This document shows positions 10,926 to 23,952 of a stretch of DNA of 57,284 nucleotides, in pieces. This stretch comes from Octopus bimaculoides. Lineage: Eukaryota. The notes under the pieces were generated by a model, which saw only the letters and a list, made by a program, of their open reading frames with translations, searched no databases and had not been told where the DNA came from. The DNA is taken from NCBI RefSeq assembly GCF_001194135.2, contig NC_068982.1, positions 185,375,493-185,432,776 on the forward strand. Direction: 5' to 3'. Made by a program: the position numbers and the translations under genes. Positions within the stretch are counted from its first letter, which is position 1. Each line of letters begins with the position of its first letter.

Positions 10926-13104
10926 GTAAGTGTGTTACATCTTGTGTAATGATATAAGGACATATTTTGTATAACATGTAAGGATGTTATATGTTTATAT
11001 TTCTGACATGTTATGAATGCAAGTGAAGTTGTCTTGATTAAAATGTTCATGTCATCATTTTAGTGTTTCTTGACACCAAAAGCATGGACTGAAGAAAACT
11101 CTTTGAGGGTACATAACATTTCCACCTTCTCTAATATTTACTGTTGTAAGAGTTGGTTGTACCTTCCTGTGATGTGTTGCACAATTTGAGAGATGATGAA
11201 AAGAAAACTAAACAGTATTTCAATTGTTACATTCACAGAATGTCTTTAGGTGTCATATTGTTTACTCATTACATACCAGCAACATTTGGGAGTCTGTCTA
11301 CAATTGTGTCTTCAGGTTTTAATCCAGGGTGTACGTTGGATTTTCTTGAGTTCACTCATAGCACAAATAGCTGTGTGTGTAAAATATGGCATCAGAAGAC
11401 AACTGGAAAATATAGTGAATGAGTTTTTTTTTAATTGTTATCTTTAATCTTTGATTACTCACAAAGAGTCAGCTGCTAACAATTGCTAATACTTTACAAA
11501 ACTGTTATCAAGAACCAAATGGTCATGTTGACCCAAGCAATGGATTAAACCAACCTCTCATGAGTCTTGAGGCTACACAACATCAACAACAACAGTGACA
11601 CTTTTCAGCTAGTCTTATAATAGTTCAGTTTTGCATGATGAGGTGCCATAAAAAAATCTCTAAATCAATTATGGGCTATTATCCTATGGTTTATCAAAAA
11701 TATTTTGGTGTTTTAGTTCCAAACACTGCACATCTTTGAAGAAACCATTTTAAACACATACATACACTTACACCATACATATACCATTATATTCATTCTG
11801 ATTTGATTTTGGGGATGACAATATTATATATTGTAAAGTATCAACACATCTATGCCTTGGTCATTGACACAGTTCTACAACATCTCTAATCATCATCATC
11901 ATCATCATTTAACGTCCGCTTTCCATACTAGCATGGGTTGGATGATTTGACTAGGGACTGGTGAACCAGATGGCTACACCAGACTCCAATCTGATCTGGT
12001 AGAGTTTCTACAACTGAATGCCCTTCCTAATGTCAACTACTCCAAGAGTGTAGTGGGTGCTTTTTACGTGCCACCGGCATGAGGGCCAGTCCAGTGGTAC
12101 TGGCAACAGCCACACTCAGATGATGTTTTTTACGTGCCACCTGCACAGGAGTCAGTCCAATGTTTTGTTCACATGCCACTGGCATGAGTGCCAGTAAGGC
12201 GAAGCTGGAAATGATCGTGCTCAAATGGTGCTTTTTACGTGCCACCGTCACGGAAGCAAGACTGCTGCTCTGGCAGTGATCCCACTCGGATGGTGCTGTT
12301 AGTGCTCCACATTTTAAATAGGCACTGGCACAGCTGTGTGGTTAAGAAGTTTGCTTTACAACTTTGTAGTTTCAGGTTCAATCCCCTTGACACCTTATGT
12401 CTTTCACTGCAGCATCTGGCTGGCCAAAGCCCTGCAAATAAAATTGATAACCTGTTCTTGGGTGGTAAACTTAATCTGTCTCCTGGTTTAACATCATCAT
12501 CTGGCCATCCTTGGGTGCCTTTATTGGAGTTGACTCAGTTGCAAGCTTTTGGGTAAAGACCTCTGGTCAGAAGATAACCTACTTCCTTCTACTAGTTTTA
12601 GAGGCTTTGAAAAGGGTTGTGATCATTACTTTCTTGCCAGGACCAAGCAAAAATAATAAATAAGTAAATAAATAATGTTTTAAATATGATTTCACTTACT
12701 GAACCCTTGTAACCAAAGTGATGCTGAATTTAATTTCATATTGTAGTTACTAACCAAATGGTTAAGATCATTAAGATGTCCTTTGTTTTTAAGATTATAT
12801 GCTGTGATTTGAAGGACATTTAACTGTTATTAAGTCTACAGGAAGCTATGATGGTGGTGATGGCGATGTTAGTAGTAAAAAAAAAAGTTGTAGATGAAGT
12901 GGTGGTGTTATTTGGGGTGGTGGTAGTAGTGTTATGTGGGTTTCATCTAAGCTATTGCCATTAGGTTCTAGTTATTATTACAATATTGCTGTCAGTGTGT
13001 GTGTGTGTGTGTGGCAGGGGTTTGCTTTGTATGACATAACTTTTGCAATTGCTTTTAATGATGATGACTGTTACCTAATGCACATTTCTTTCTTTCACAT
13101 TCAG

Positions 13105-13183
13105 CTTGGAGAGTCTCTGATCAGTGTAATTGATCCAAGCATTATGACCGCGTCCTTGGATGAAATTAAAGCAATGAGTGAAG
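13105..13183 (+). CDS. Host gene exon 5 (phase 0 to 1): LGESLISVIDPSIMTASLDEIKAMSE
   Basis: Acceptor tttctttcacattcag, donor gttagt; 79 bp; it is the tail of ORF 12934-13188. Confidence 0.85.
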
Positions 13184-13584
13184 GTTAGTTATTGTTCCAC
13201 ATGTTATTATAAGCAAAAACCAAGATTGGGTGCCTGACATCTGGAATGCTGTTAGGCATTCATAGTTCTCTACCAATTGGATATTGTGGCCAGTGGTATG
13301 CCCACCCTTACATTTATAGAAGATTAGGAATGGGCAAGAGCAACTTCATTCTTGTGAAGGGTTTGAATGTTGACAAAAACCAATAGAGTAAACTCTTCTA
13401 AAGTTGTCTATAGCCTAGGGATATAGAAAACCTCTAGAAACCCCTGACCTGGCATTGCTATTGAGGTGTGTGTATGGGGAGGGATTGCTGGTTTGGAACA
13501 AACTCAAAAACCATCATTAGTGCAATCAACTGCATCTGTCCAAGATAGATGCTGAGAGACTTTACTGTCAAAACACGTACTATA

Positions 13585-14852
13585 TTGCGTTGGCAACTAA
13601 GTCGCCGCCATTTTTTTTAAATTCTGGAATTTATTGCGTTTTTAAATTTTGGAATCTATTTTTTTTTTTGAGAATTCTATTTTTGAATCATTTTGGAATC
13701 TATTTTTTTTTTTCTTGTTAATTTTAGTTAAATTTTGTTTATTTTCAGATCGTTAAAATGGAATGTCAAGTTAAGGAAAACGAGCATTTTCAACGCCTCC
13801 TTATTTTTGCTTTTAATCAAGGTTCTAAGGCTGCAAAAGCTGCTTGTGACATTTGTGCTGTGTATGGAGAGGGTGCCATAGCTGAAAGAACCGCTCATGA
13901 TTGGTATGCCAAGTTCAAAAATGGAAATTTTGACCTCAAAGACACACCTCGTTCTGGCCATCCAGTTGAGTTCGATGAAGAGCGATTAAATCAACTTTTG
14001 CATGAAAATTCTCATCAAACGACAAGGGAACTGGCAGAGAAAATGGAATGCTCCCACACTGGTATAGAGAAGCATCTTCACTTGATGGGAAAGGTTCAGA
14101 AGTATGGAGCATAGGTTCCGCATGCTTTAAGTGACAACAAAAATCAACGAGCCACAATCTCCGCTGGTTTGCTTGCTCGTCACTGCTCAACTCATGGACA
14201 CAAACAATGATTTCTTTACTGAATCGTTACTGGTGACGAAAATGGTGCCTGTACATCAATATGAAGCAGCGTAAGGAATGGCTTAGCAACACCGCGCATG
14301 AAACAAGATCTTCATCCGTGTAAAATGATGTTGTGCGTATGGTGGGACTGGGAAGGGATTATCCATTACGAATTGCTTGAATGGAACCAAACAGTCAATG
14401 CGGAATTCTATGTTCAACAGATGGAATGACTCAAAGAGAAAAGACCTAATCGTCAGCATGGAGTTCTTCTGCTGCATGACAACGTCTGTCCTCATATCGC
14501 CAATATGACCAAGGAAGCCATTCAGATGCATGGCTGGGAAGTGCTGCCACACTCACCGTACTCTCCTGATTTGGCACCAACGGATTTCCACCACTTTCGA
14601 TCTCTTTCAAATGCTATGCACGGAGTTTCGTTCAATACTGATGCAGAATTGAGAGCTTGGTGGGATCAATTTTTTGAGTTGAAATCAGATGATTTCTGTC
14701 AACGAGGTATTGAAAATCTTGTTGAACGTTGGGAAGAAGTTGTAAACAACAAGGGTGAATACATTATTGATTAATTAGTTGTTTTTTTTTTATTAAACCT
14801 TTAAAAAAATTTAAATTTTAAAAAAACAGCGGGAACTTAATTGCCGACCTAA
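13585..14852 (+). mobile_element. Near full-length mariner (DD34D) transposon with an inactivated transposase
   Basis: TA duplications at 13583-13584 and 14853-14854; inverted termini ttgcgttggcaactaagt / acttaattgccgacctaa. Transposase 13758-14773 has WVPH mutated to a stop at 14112, plus IVTGDE, HDN-(34 aa)-D and YSPDLAPTD, with frameshifts. Confidence 0.95.
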
Positions 14853-15559
14853 TAATTAGTCTATCATGAGGATCATTCTGCTGCCTTTCTTTGACTAAAG
14901 GAGAGGGAAGGCAGGTTTTAATTTTGTATTTTTGGTGGCCATGCTGAACAAGATTGTTTGGTGGATAATATTGTGGACAGATACGGTCTTCTTTGACCAA
15001 ATGTTCAACAACTACAAGTTCTGCTTGTGGAGGAAAGTGAAGGTGAAGAGAGAAGTACTATTCTCCAGTAAATTCACTGAAAGGTGGGAGAATATGACCG
15101 TGGTAAATGATCTGACATTGAGTAGACCTGTAAGGTGAGAGAAAGCACATGGCTTTGTTACTCAGTGGATCTGTAGAGTTGTTAGACTGGCCATAGGTGG
15201 CTGTACATCTCATTTCATTCTTTTTATAGTTTTTAAATCTAATTTCTATCACAATTAACTCTATCTAAGCCCTACCATTTTGTAATTTTGTAAACTTGTA
15301 ATGTTTCCTCATCCATTGCTAGAAAGTAAGACAAATTGTAGTATGACAGTTGTTGAACTTTTTGTTCTGAGTTCAAATTTTGCTATGGTCAACTTTGCCT
15401 TTGATCCTTTATGGTGAATAAAATAAGTACCAGTTGAAGACTGGGCTTAATGTAATTGACTAACTCATCACCTAAAATTGCTGGTTATGTGCCAAAATTT
15501 GAAGCTATTATTATTAGTAGTTTTGTCTGCATTTCATGTTTCTACTGTAATTTTGGTAT

Positions 15560-18190
15560 GAGTAGTATTTTGTTTTGGTTTTCTCTTATATTGATATTGC
15601 TCTACATAATAACATATGGACAATACCTGGTAGCACAAATTTTTTATCTTCTGTGTTTTTGTAAGCCCGGGAGTTTTCATTTTCTATTTGTCTACATGTT
15701 TTTAACCATTCTTAAGGTGCCTTTATCCTCAGAATCTTTTTTTCTGTTTTCATTGCCCATATTTTGGCTATTTCTATTTCCAGATCTTTTATGTTTGGAT
15801 AATTTTTCCATATCTTTGAAAGTTTTCATTTGTTGGGAGTGATACTGCAATTAGGATACATCTTTTTTCCATGATGTCCTTGACAACAACATCTGACTAA
15901 TTAGCCTTGCTCTTTCTATCTGTATGAATTGATAGATCTCAGGATCTGATCACTTTATTCCCGGAGTCCTTTTCTGGTGTATGCCATATCACCTTTTTCC
16001 TGCTAATATTTCATAATGCTGACATAACTTCTTGTGTGAAAGTTCAAACTCTGTTATGCCTGTAAGTGTATTCTCTTTTGGTTAAGACTGGAATAATGTG
16101 CTCAAATTGTTTGTTCCCTATCCCAGTTTATTCTGCAGTTATGTATTCAGATTCATTATATGCTTTTAGTAGATGTAAACCTCTGGAGGCTTTGATTTTC
16201 TGCTATAATCAAAAATCCTTTAGTCTCATCCTTAAATTCTGCTCTTCTCAGCCAGAACTGCAAGTTTGCTTCTTTTCTTCTTCTCCTATTTCTACTTCCA
16301 CACTGCCCAGTTGTGTCAGATATTGTCAATATCTAATGAAACTGGGCAGTGTGGAAGTTTAGCAAAGCATTCTGTATCCCCCAATTTAACTTACTTTTTT
16401 AACCTTTTCACAATTTCTGTTGTTTTTCCTTTCTCTTCATAACTGTTATTTATTTCAATGTCTGTTTTTACTTTATTTGCTTCCTTGAACACAGAAAAGT
16501 TTCTTTTTGTATTTTTTGTTCATGTTTTATGACAGTTGTATTAATTTTTCATTATTTTTATAACCTACTTTTGATATTTTATAATAGTTGTCTGTTTGCA
16601 TGAAATTTCCATATCACTCTATTCTTGGTAATTATAATCACCATGTGTCAGATTTTTGGTAGGGTATTTCTAAATCCAATTATTTTTACTGTTTCCTATT
16701 CTTCTCTTGCTAGATTATTTAGTGTTTAATTGGATATCTTGATTGGGGCAGCTTGAAAATTGATGTTTACTATCTTTTTTTTTTTTTTTGCAGTTAACTC
16801 TGTCTTAAGTATTAATCTAATGCATCATACTTAGAATGTTAGAAAAATGTTTAAAAAGCAGATGAGATAACAAATAAAGAAGTGAACAAAGAAGCATACA
16901 TGAATAGTTGGATATCAAAAGCAAAAACAAAATGGTTAAAAATGTTGCATTAAACAGTATAAATGGAATGAACAGTCATAGAATGCAGATGGGTTTGAGT
17001 AGTGATATTGCTGATACTGCAGCAGGTACTAACACCATCATTATAAGTAATAGTAATATAAACAGCTACAATCAGAGGATCAAAACAATGACAACAATAT
17101 GAGCAAAAGAGTATAACGTACTAGTGTTGTGGGCCACAAGAAAATTATAGACACAAGTCAGCTTCAAGGAAGAGAATGATTAGAGATGAGGCAAGTTACA
17201 AGAGCAAGTACCTCTTTACTTGAAGATTCTGTATAGGAATGGACAAGAGGAAAGTGGTATTCCTTTGATTCAAAAATAATAGGGAAATCTTCCATATGCT
17301 CTCAGAAAAGGAGTTAGGAGATCTGGCAGATGTATGAAAGGATGTGCACTTTCTTGGGCAGGGTACATAGAAATATTCACCTGGTGTTTAAGATTGTGGA
17401 TAAGGAAAGGAGGCAGTTGAAACTTGTGCATTAAGTGCCTACTCAGACTGTTCTAACTTTTATTGCACAGCATGAGTAGGTAGTGAGCACAGAAATGACC
17501 CATGACAAGATTTGGTTAGGCAAAGATTTGCAGTCATCTTTTTGTAGGATGTAAAAGCAAGGGATTTTTGTGTTGTTGACAGTAGCTTTTGGGATCTCTG
17601 ATATTTTGGAGAATTAATATTGTTGTTCCTTCTAATCACCATTCATATGTTGATTTCAGTTTTTGTCTTCCAGTTTATTGAATACTGTTGCCACAGCTTA
17701 ATAAATACTGATTAAGTATTTCAGCCAGAAATTGAGAACTTTTTGATTCTAGAGACTTTTACAGTTTGTTCCCAAATTCCTTGCTAGATATGATGGCCTG
17801 GTTGCAGTGTTACTGCATTTTTCTTACTCTTTTCTCTTTTGATGTATTATTGCAATTTTTGATTGTGTCAAATGTTTTTGCTTCAATATCATACCATCAA
17901 TATGCTTCTGCTGATGCTTGTGTGACATCTATTTTCCCCCCCAATGTCTCCCTAAAACGTTTTGATATTCTATTCAAATACTTTTACTCTTGGAAGAAGT
18001 GCTTACCTTTTCTGAAGCATCTTATTCTGTAGGCTTTTGTTGCTATGATTTGCTTCAGGCTTTCTTTTACTTGTCTGTCTTTTAATTGATACATTCTTTT
18101 GCTCATTTGGATTTTTTCCTTTTATGTATTAGAACCCACTTTTTCTATTTTGATACATAAAAATAGGTCCTCCAATATTTTTCAGTTCTA
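15560..18190 (-). mobile_element. Old, interrupted R4/Dong-like retrotransposon (RT N-terminus to RLE); unrelated sequence at about 16780-17460
   Basis: LKQIIATKAYRIR, FWLKYL and WLRRAEFKDETKGFLIIAENQSL, then KREYTYRHN, DLSIHTDRK..AN*SDVVVKD and KDLEIEIAKIWAMK, read across frames. Confidence 0.65.
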
Positions 18191-18211
18191 TATTTAAGAG
18201 ATGAGGAATTA

Positions 18212-18521
18212 TGTACATTATTTACATTATTTACATTTGACGGATATTTGTCCTCATCTTGTTTGTTGTTAACACAATGTTTCGGCTGATATATCCTCCA
18301 GCCTTCATCAGGTGTTTTGGGGAAATTTCAAACCTGGGTTCTCATTCCTAAGGTATTTTTTGATGTTATTATTTTTGATGTTATTTTTATTATTATTGTT
18401 ATTGTTCAGCATATGTTATTGTTCAGCATATGGCGTAGTGGTTAAGAGTGTGGGCTACCAACCCCAAGATTCCAAGTTTGATTCCAAGCTGTGACCTGAA
18501 CAATAACAATAATAATAATAA
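18212..18521 (-). mobile_element. Second copy of the tRNA-head/hammerhead element, with the head inverted
   Basis: Body 18212-18409 on the minus strand is co-linear with 56827-57012; the head is on the + strand at 18426-18521. Confidence 0.75.
18271..18316 (-). ncRNA. Minimal type I hammerhead ribozyme motif, second copy
   Basis: AACAC CUGAUGA A GGCUG-gaggauauau-CAGCC GAAACAUU GUGUU; the CUGAUGA core is intact and helix III has G to A (CpG-type decay). Confidence 0.7.
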
Positions 18522-18559
18522 TGGTAGTGTGATGATGTTTTCTTCTTACACCACTATGA

Positions 18560-18860
18560 AGTGGGTTCTGCAAGATTGATTTGGATGCTTCCAGTTCAGC
18601 ATAGTACATACAGTGACCAGATAGTCACAACTGTCTTTGCCTGATCTTCTTGCTAACTTTTGGCAGGTCTCCATAAAGGCATTTGTTTGTTATATGTTGC
18701 TGCCATTTCATGTTTAGGGTCATTCATAACATTCTTGTCTAGCAGCCATCTAGCTCATTTGATAACTTCTTTGTCCATGTCCATGCTTCACTGCCATATA
18801 ATAACACTGGTCCAGCAGTCACAATGAACAACTTGATTTTGATATTGCTAAACGATTTGC
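18560..18860 (-). mobile_element. Decayed RTE-type LINE 3' fragment
   Basis: The minus strand reads PVLLYGSEAWTWTKKLSNELDGC, the conserved post-RT RTE motif. Confidence 0.6.
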
Positions 18861-19039
18861 AAAAGTTATTGATAGTGGCTTATCCAGTCAAAGCAGAAAG
18901 TTGTTTCTCTTCCTTACTATTATAGAAACCATTGTTAAAAACTAGCCCAATGGAGTGTTTAGGTTGCTGACTTAATTAAGAACATTTCAAATAGATGATT
19001 TAAATCCTTTTTGGTTTTTCACATTGTTAAAATTTTTTA

Positions 19040-19190
19040 ATACAGGTTTCAACCAGTGCTTGAAAGCCATCTGAGACCAAATCAAACTGGATTTAGACCA
19101 GAGAGAGCCACAACATCTCAGTTCATAGCTCTGGGGCATATTATTGAGGGAGTTAAATCAAGACAGCAAATGCATTTGACAGCATCTATT
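19040..19190 (+). mobile_element. Decayed LINE RT fragment
   Basis: QPVLESHLRPNQTGFRPERATTSQFIAL resembles the LRxxQxGFRxxRSTxxQI motif. Confidence 0.55.
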
Positions 19191-19581
19191 GTGACAAAAT
19201 GACCCTTTGAGCATATAGCATTCCAGAAGAACTAGTTTTTGCCATCGCAAAGACTTACAAGAAGATCAGAACTCGTGTGTTGTCATCTGACCGAGAAACA
19301 GAATTATCGAGAATCAATAGAGCAATGCCAGATAAAATATTTAATGGTTTTTAGTCATATCCCTTTATCCACAGAAATTCAAATTCTGCCAGGCTGAACT
19401 TTCCTTTCATCACTCCTAGTTGATAAGTACATGTAAATAACTGGGGTTGATTAAAGCCCAATAGTTGACTGTATCTCCACCTTCCTAAAAAGTGTGGCAA
19501 TGTGATTAAGTTATAGATATTATGTGTTAATTATAAGTAATTGTCTTCATACATAATAAACAGCAGTGATTATCTTTTCAG

Positions 19582-19631
19582 AACTATCAACGGCTGAACG
19601 TGGAAGAACTACTGACGACAAAGCAGAAATG
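19582..19631 (+). CDS. Host gene exon 6 (phase 1 to 0): (E)LSTAERGRTTDDKAEM
   Basis: Acceptor tatcttttcag, donor gtgtgt; 50 bp; phase fits both sides. Confidence 0.75.
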
Positions 19632-21069
19632 GTGTGTAATAATTTATATAAATTCACTTTATCTATATATTGGCCTCCACCAACCTCATGGACATATCTA
19701 CTCCTACTACCTCAGCACTTCACTGACTTATCTACCCACTCTAACTGACAACAGTATCTCACGACCATAGCTACCCATACTTCTACCCAGTAACACCTTG
19801 TTATGGCTACCTCCATCCACTAACACCTTATTTAACTGTCTTGCTATACAATGTGCCAGTGTGACCTTTTGGTCATATATATAAGGCAAAGATGATGTCA
19901 ATTATACAGTCAAACTACAACTATCAGATATAACTTTTTGATTAGAGAGATTTAACTGTGTGAAGAAATACATTGCTGGTCTAAATTCTCATGAATTTAA
20001 AGTCAAATTTTCTCCTATTGAGTAACTCAAAAGATATTTCTTCTTGGCTTGGCCACGGTACTTGCCTCCTTCTCTAAAATTTCTTGGAATGACAAATGTA
20101 AAGCTAAATTTGTGCTATTTATGCCTTTTGTAAGTTTATTAGTTATGTAAGCAGAAGAGACTGCAGCCTGGAATGAAATGCAGATTAGAAAATCTTGCTC
20201 ACCAGAAGCTTTTCTGATATAGAAAAGAAAGGAAATTTTTTTATGAACTAGAATCATAATTACTGGGCTTTGAGAAATGTACTGAGAGATGATACTGGAA
20301 AGTGGTGGTCATGTATTATATTCAGCTAACATGACTCAACCCAAAGGAAGGTCAGTGTATTATCACAAATGATTAATCTGAGGATGATAAAATCTTGTAC
20401 AACAGTATTGGAACAGCAATGCTATAAAAATATGCACAAAATGTTTCAGACCATCAAAACTTTGAACTAAATAGCTATTGATAAGTAAAAGATATATAAC
20501 GATATGCCCTCTTAGTCTACATGTGGCTGGTGCCATCACCTGCCACTTGGGTGTTCTAAATACACTCTGCTGCAGACATTCAGGTCAGGTCTTTGGTTTA
20601 AGGTTAGTATCTCCACCACCAGTCATGAAGAATTTGAAAAAGGGTCAGGGTTTTGGGCACAACCATTCCTCCTATGATAAAATCAACAAGACATATACAC
20701 ACACAATTTCAGCAAAGAAAGTTTTTTACTATGCCATCATTCAACATATGATTCAGCCTTACAGAAACTGCAACCAAGCTTACTTCAGCCATTGAAATAC
20801 ATACATTCAAAAGTTAGGTACAAAAAATCTTCCTTCACTTTACCCATTAAATGTTCAGTGAAGCTTCTTTTGGTATTGAAGAGTAAAATATTTAATGAAG
20901 CTATTGATGATGAATACACCTTTGTTTTTCAAATGTTTTAGTGTATTATGAGCTGGTGTGTGTGTGCATAATATATATACATATGTAACAGAAAAGAACA
21001 ATTTCTGTTATATTTATGACAAACTTCTTGTTAATGCTTTTTATAAAAATTCTATTCCATTTATTTCAG

Positions 21070-21266
21070 TATCCAAATCTTGCACTCCCTGGATGGCAGA
21101 ATTCAAAACTGCACAAAATCTGTCAGAAATTATTCGCGGAACCGACTTTTAAACTTGCTCCAGATGCAGATTGGAATGCAGTTTTTGATCGTTTAATTGC
21201 CATGCTAGATACCAAAGAATTTCCAGTTTTCTCCACAGCTTGCAAGTATTTGGTCGAATTAAACAA
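21070..21266 (+). CDS. Host gene exon 7 (phase 0 to 2): YPNLALPGWQNSKLHKICQKLFAEPTFKLAPDADWNAVFDRLIAMLDTKEFPVFSTACKYLVELN; helical, HEAT/ARM-like
   Basis: Acceptor tttatttcag, donor gtaagg; 197 bp inside ORF 21016-21270; amphipathic helical pattern. Confidence 0.9.
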
Positions 21267-21669
21267 GTAAGGATTGATGTCTTCAACTGAACTGTCTCAT
21301 TACTTAGAATTTCCTGAGCAGGATATAGGATTCAACATTTTTTCTGACATAACAATGACAGCTGCTGATACATAGCTTTCTCACCCTTTTATTCTTTTAC
21401 TTATTCTCTACCTACATCTACTGGGTTTATTACATCTGAATGTATTCTTCTGTGGGGTGCTGCCTCTAAATTTGCAGACTTTAATAGCTGATAGTTACTC
21501 TGACATACTGCAACCAATAACTGTTTAATTGAACCGTCTTTCACTCATCATCAACAGTTTCCCCAGCCAACTCTTGTTGTCTGCAGATACTATTATAACT
21601 GTATAATGAAACAAGCTGGTAGAATTGTTACTGAACTGGACAAAATGCTTTTCTTTCGTGTTTTGTTTG

Positions 21670-22015
21670 TGTCAGTCATTAGACTGTGGCCATGCTGGGG
21701 TACTGCCTTGAAGAATTTTAGTCAAATGAATCAACTCCAGTTCTTATATTTTTTAAACCTGATACTTTTTCTATCAGCCTTTTGCCATACCATTAAGTTA
21801 TAGGGATGTAAACACACTAACACTGGTTGTCAAGCAGTGTGGTTGACACACACACACACAGCAGGCTTCTTTCAGGTTCTATCTACCAATCCACTCACAA
21901 GGCTTTGACTGGTTACAAGAAACTCTTGTCCAAGGTGCCACACAGTGAGACTGAACCCAGAACCATGTAATTGGGGAGCAAACTTATTATCACATAGCTA
22001 CACCCATGCCTACTA
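21670..22015 (-). mobile_element. Full-length family-A SINE (tRNA head, CORE-like middle, LINE-derived tail)
   Basis: Head, ggcaccttggacaag, internal (GT)n and the ccagcatggccacagtc tail. Other copies or pieces lie at about 6615-6770(+), 29725-29905(+), 47350-47470(+), 49718-49880(+) and 50850-50980(-). Confidence 0.8.
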
Positions 22016-22649
22016 TACTTAACAGCATTTCTTCTAGCTTTACATTCTGAGTTCAAATTCTGCCAAGGTCGATTAACTTTCATCCTTTTGGGGTTGATAA
22101 AATAAGTACCATTTGAGAATTGGGGTCAAACTTTCTCCCACAATTGCAGGTGTTGTACCTATAGTAGAAAGGATATAATTATAACTGCATAGTAGATTGT
22201 GTTATATTGTGTCACGGACACCAGGCTATAACCATTGGTAAAGCCATTTTGCAGTAAATTACTCCTATAGAGGGAAATAATTGAGCACTGCTCACAGGAG
22301 TAGCACTGAAGATCGATGAATGTTTCACTGGATTTTAGTTATGAGTTCAGGCCCTAGTCTACACATTAACCATCATAAGAATACTAAAAAAGAAAAAGTA
22401 AAGCTATTTTTTTAAAACTCCATCACTATTTCTCCAGAGTGCATTACTAATGGAATTACTTGTATAATTTTCTTTTTTAGCGTCACTCATATAATATCTT
22501 GTTTTATTCATATTTCTGTATTTTTCAAGGCCTCCTAAACTATTCTTCCAAAGATCTTCAATTAAACAATATGATTAGAACATTCCTTTCCAGAATTATA
22601 ATGGGGAGAATTTGTCAAGGAACATAATTATTAAAAAACTGTAAATTAA

Positions 22650-22875
22650 CCCCTTGCAGACGGATTTAGTACTGATAGTCTGTGCTGTGTACCAGTAATA
22701 AGCTGTTTAGTAACAACATAATTTTTCATACAAGAAATTTTACAGTGTATCTATAGATTCTTCTCAGTGTGGTGTATTTGAAAACACGGTGCTGCACGGA
22801 GTAAGACATCGCACTGCTCACACACACACACACAGTGTTTCGATGCAGTTAGTACCACTTCCCATCTGCAAGGAG
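22650..22875. mobile_element. piggyBac-type MITE, 226 bp
   Basis: TTAA|CCCCTTGCAGACGG ... CCATCTGCAAGGAG|TTAA, with TTAA at 22646-22649 and 22876-22879. Confidence 0.85.
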
Positions 22876-23035
22876 TTAAACAAACAATATTAACTGGAAA
22901 GACTATGTATTAGCTACCACTTGACACTGTAATTTAATTTTTTAAAATTTACCAGTGTTTTTATAACTCCATGAATATCTGTGTATGAAAAATACCCTTT
23001 CCTATTCTTTGATTTCTGGCATGAGCACACATTAA

Positions 23036-23255
23036 TCCTTTAATATTCAGATTACTCTGTCAAATTCAATGTCTATTTATTCACATTGCTTTCAATCAAT
23101 CATACCTTATCTCTTAACTGTGAGAATTCAATGATGTGATTGTATCTTTTTAGAACGACATTGTTGGGTAAGTGTGAAAGGCCAGATCTGGCCAGTTTGA
23201 ACATAAAACAGGTAGAATATTTGGTTCAGATATTACTGGCTTGAATACTAAAGGG
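23036..23255. mobile_element. Second piggyBac-type MITE family, 220 bp
   Basis: TTAA|TCCTTTAATATTCA ... TGAATACTAAAGGG|TTAA; homologous copies in opposite orientation at about 9757-9975 and a 5' piece at about 48563-48595. Confidence 0.8.
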
Positions 23256-23607
23256 TTAAACTGATATTGATACATGATTGTTTCTTATGTTATCAGCCTC
23301 ACAAGGATGAATAGTTGATCTTGGTGAGATTTGAACTTAGAATGTAAACGGATATAATTAAATACTGCAAAACATTTTCTCTGACTTTCTACCAATTCTG
23401 ACAATTTTCAATTCGCCATTTTTATTGTATTAAATATTTATTTTATTTATTTATGATGAAGACTGAAAGAAAATATATGTACGACATTAGGATTTTAGGA
23501 CACTATTTAACATGTCATGAAAGTCTTTAGAAAGCCCTATCTCCTATGAAGCCAAAATATTCACACTGAAATTGAGTCATCACTATAATCATCATCATTG
23601 TTTAATG

Positions 23608-23952
23608 CAGTGTTTCTCAACCTTTTTACCCTTGCATAACCCTTAAAATAAATTACATGTCTCAAGGAAACCCTGCATAGAAAAAAATTATGTACCATAT
23701 TTCTTTCATATTTTTTCATCGTAGTTCATGTGGTAAATATCATATACATTTGTTATATTTTTTGATAGCATAATAGGTTAGATAGGATGATGTGTATATT
23801 ACAATATTACAATAACCAATAATATGTTGTGCATGTGTAGTAATATTACAATCATGAAACTAGCATTAGCTTATCTTACTCTTTCTCGTGGAACCCCTAG
23901 GAAACTTTTGCAGAATCCTGGAGTTCCCTGGAACCTCAGCTGAGAAACGCTG
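23608..23952. mobile_element. hAT/Charlie-type MITE, 345 bp
   Basis: Termini CAGTGTTTCTCAAC / GCTGAGAAACGCTG; exact 8-bp duplication GTTTAATG at 23600-23607 and 23953-23960. Confidence 0.9.

Noticed and set aside
20027-20460. Possible hAT/Charlie transposase remnant on the minus strand
   Set aside because: The resemblance (FYIRK...EQDFLIC) is too weak and no termini were found.
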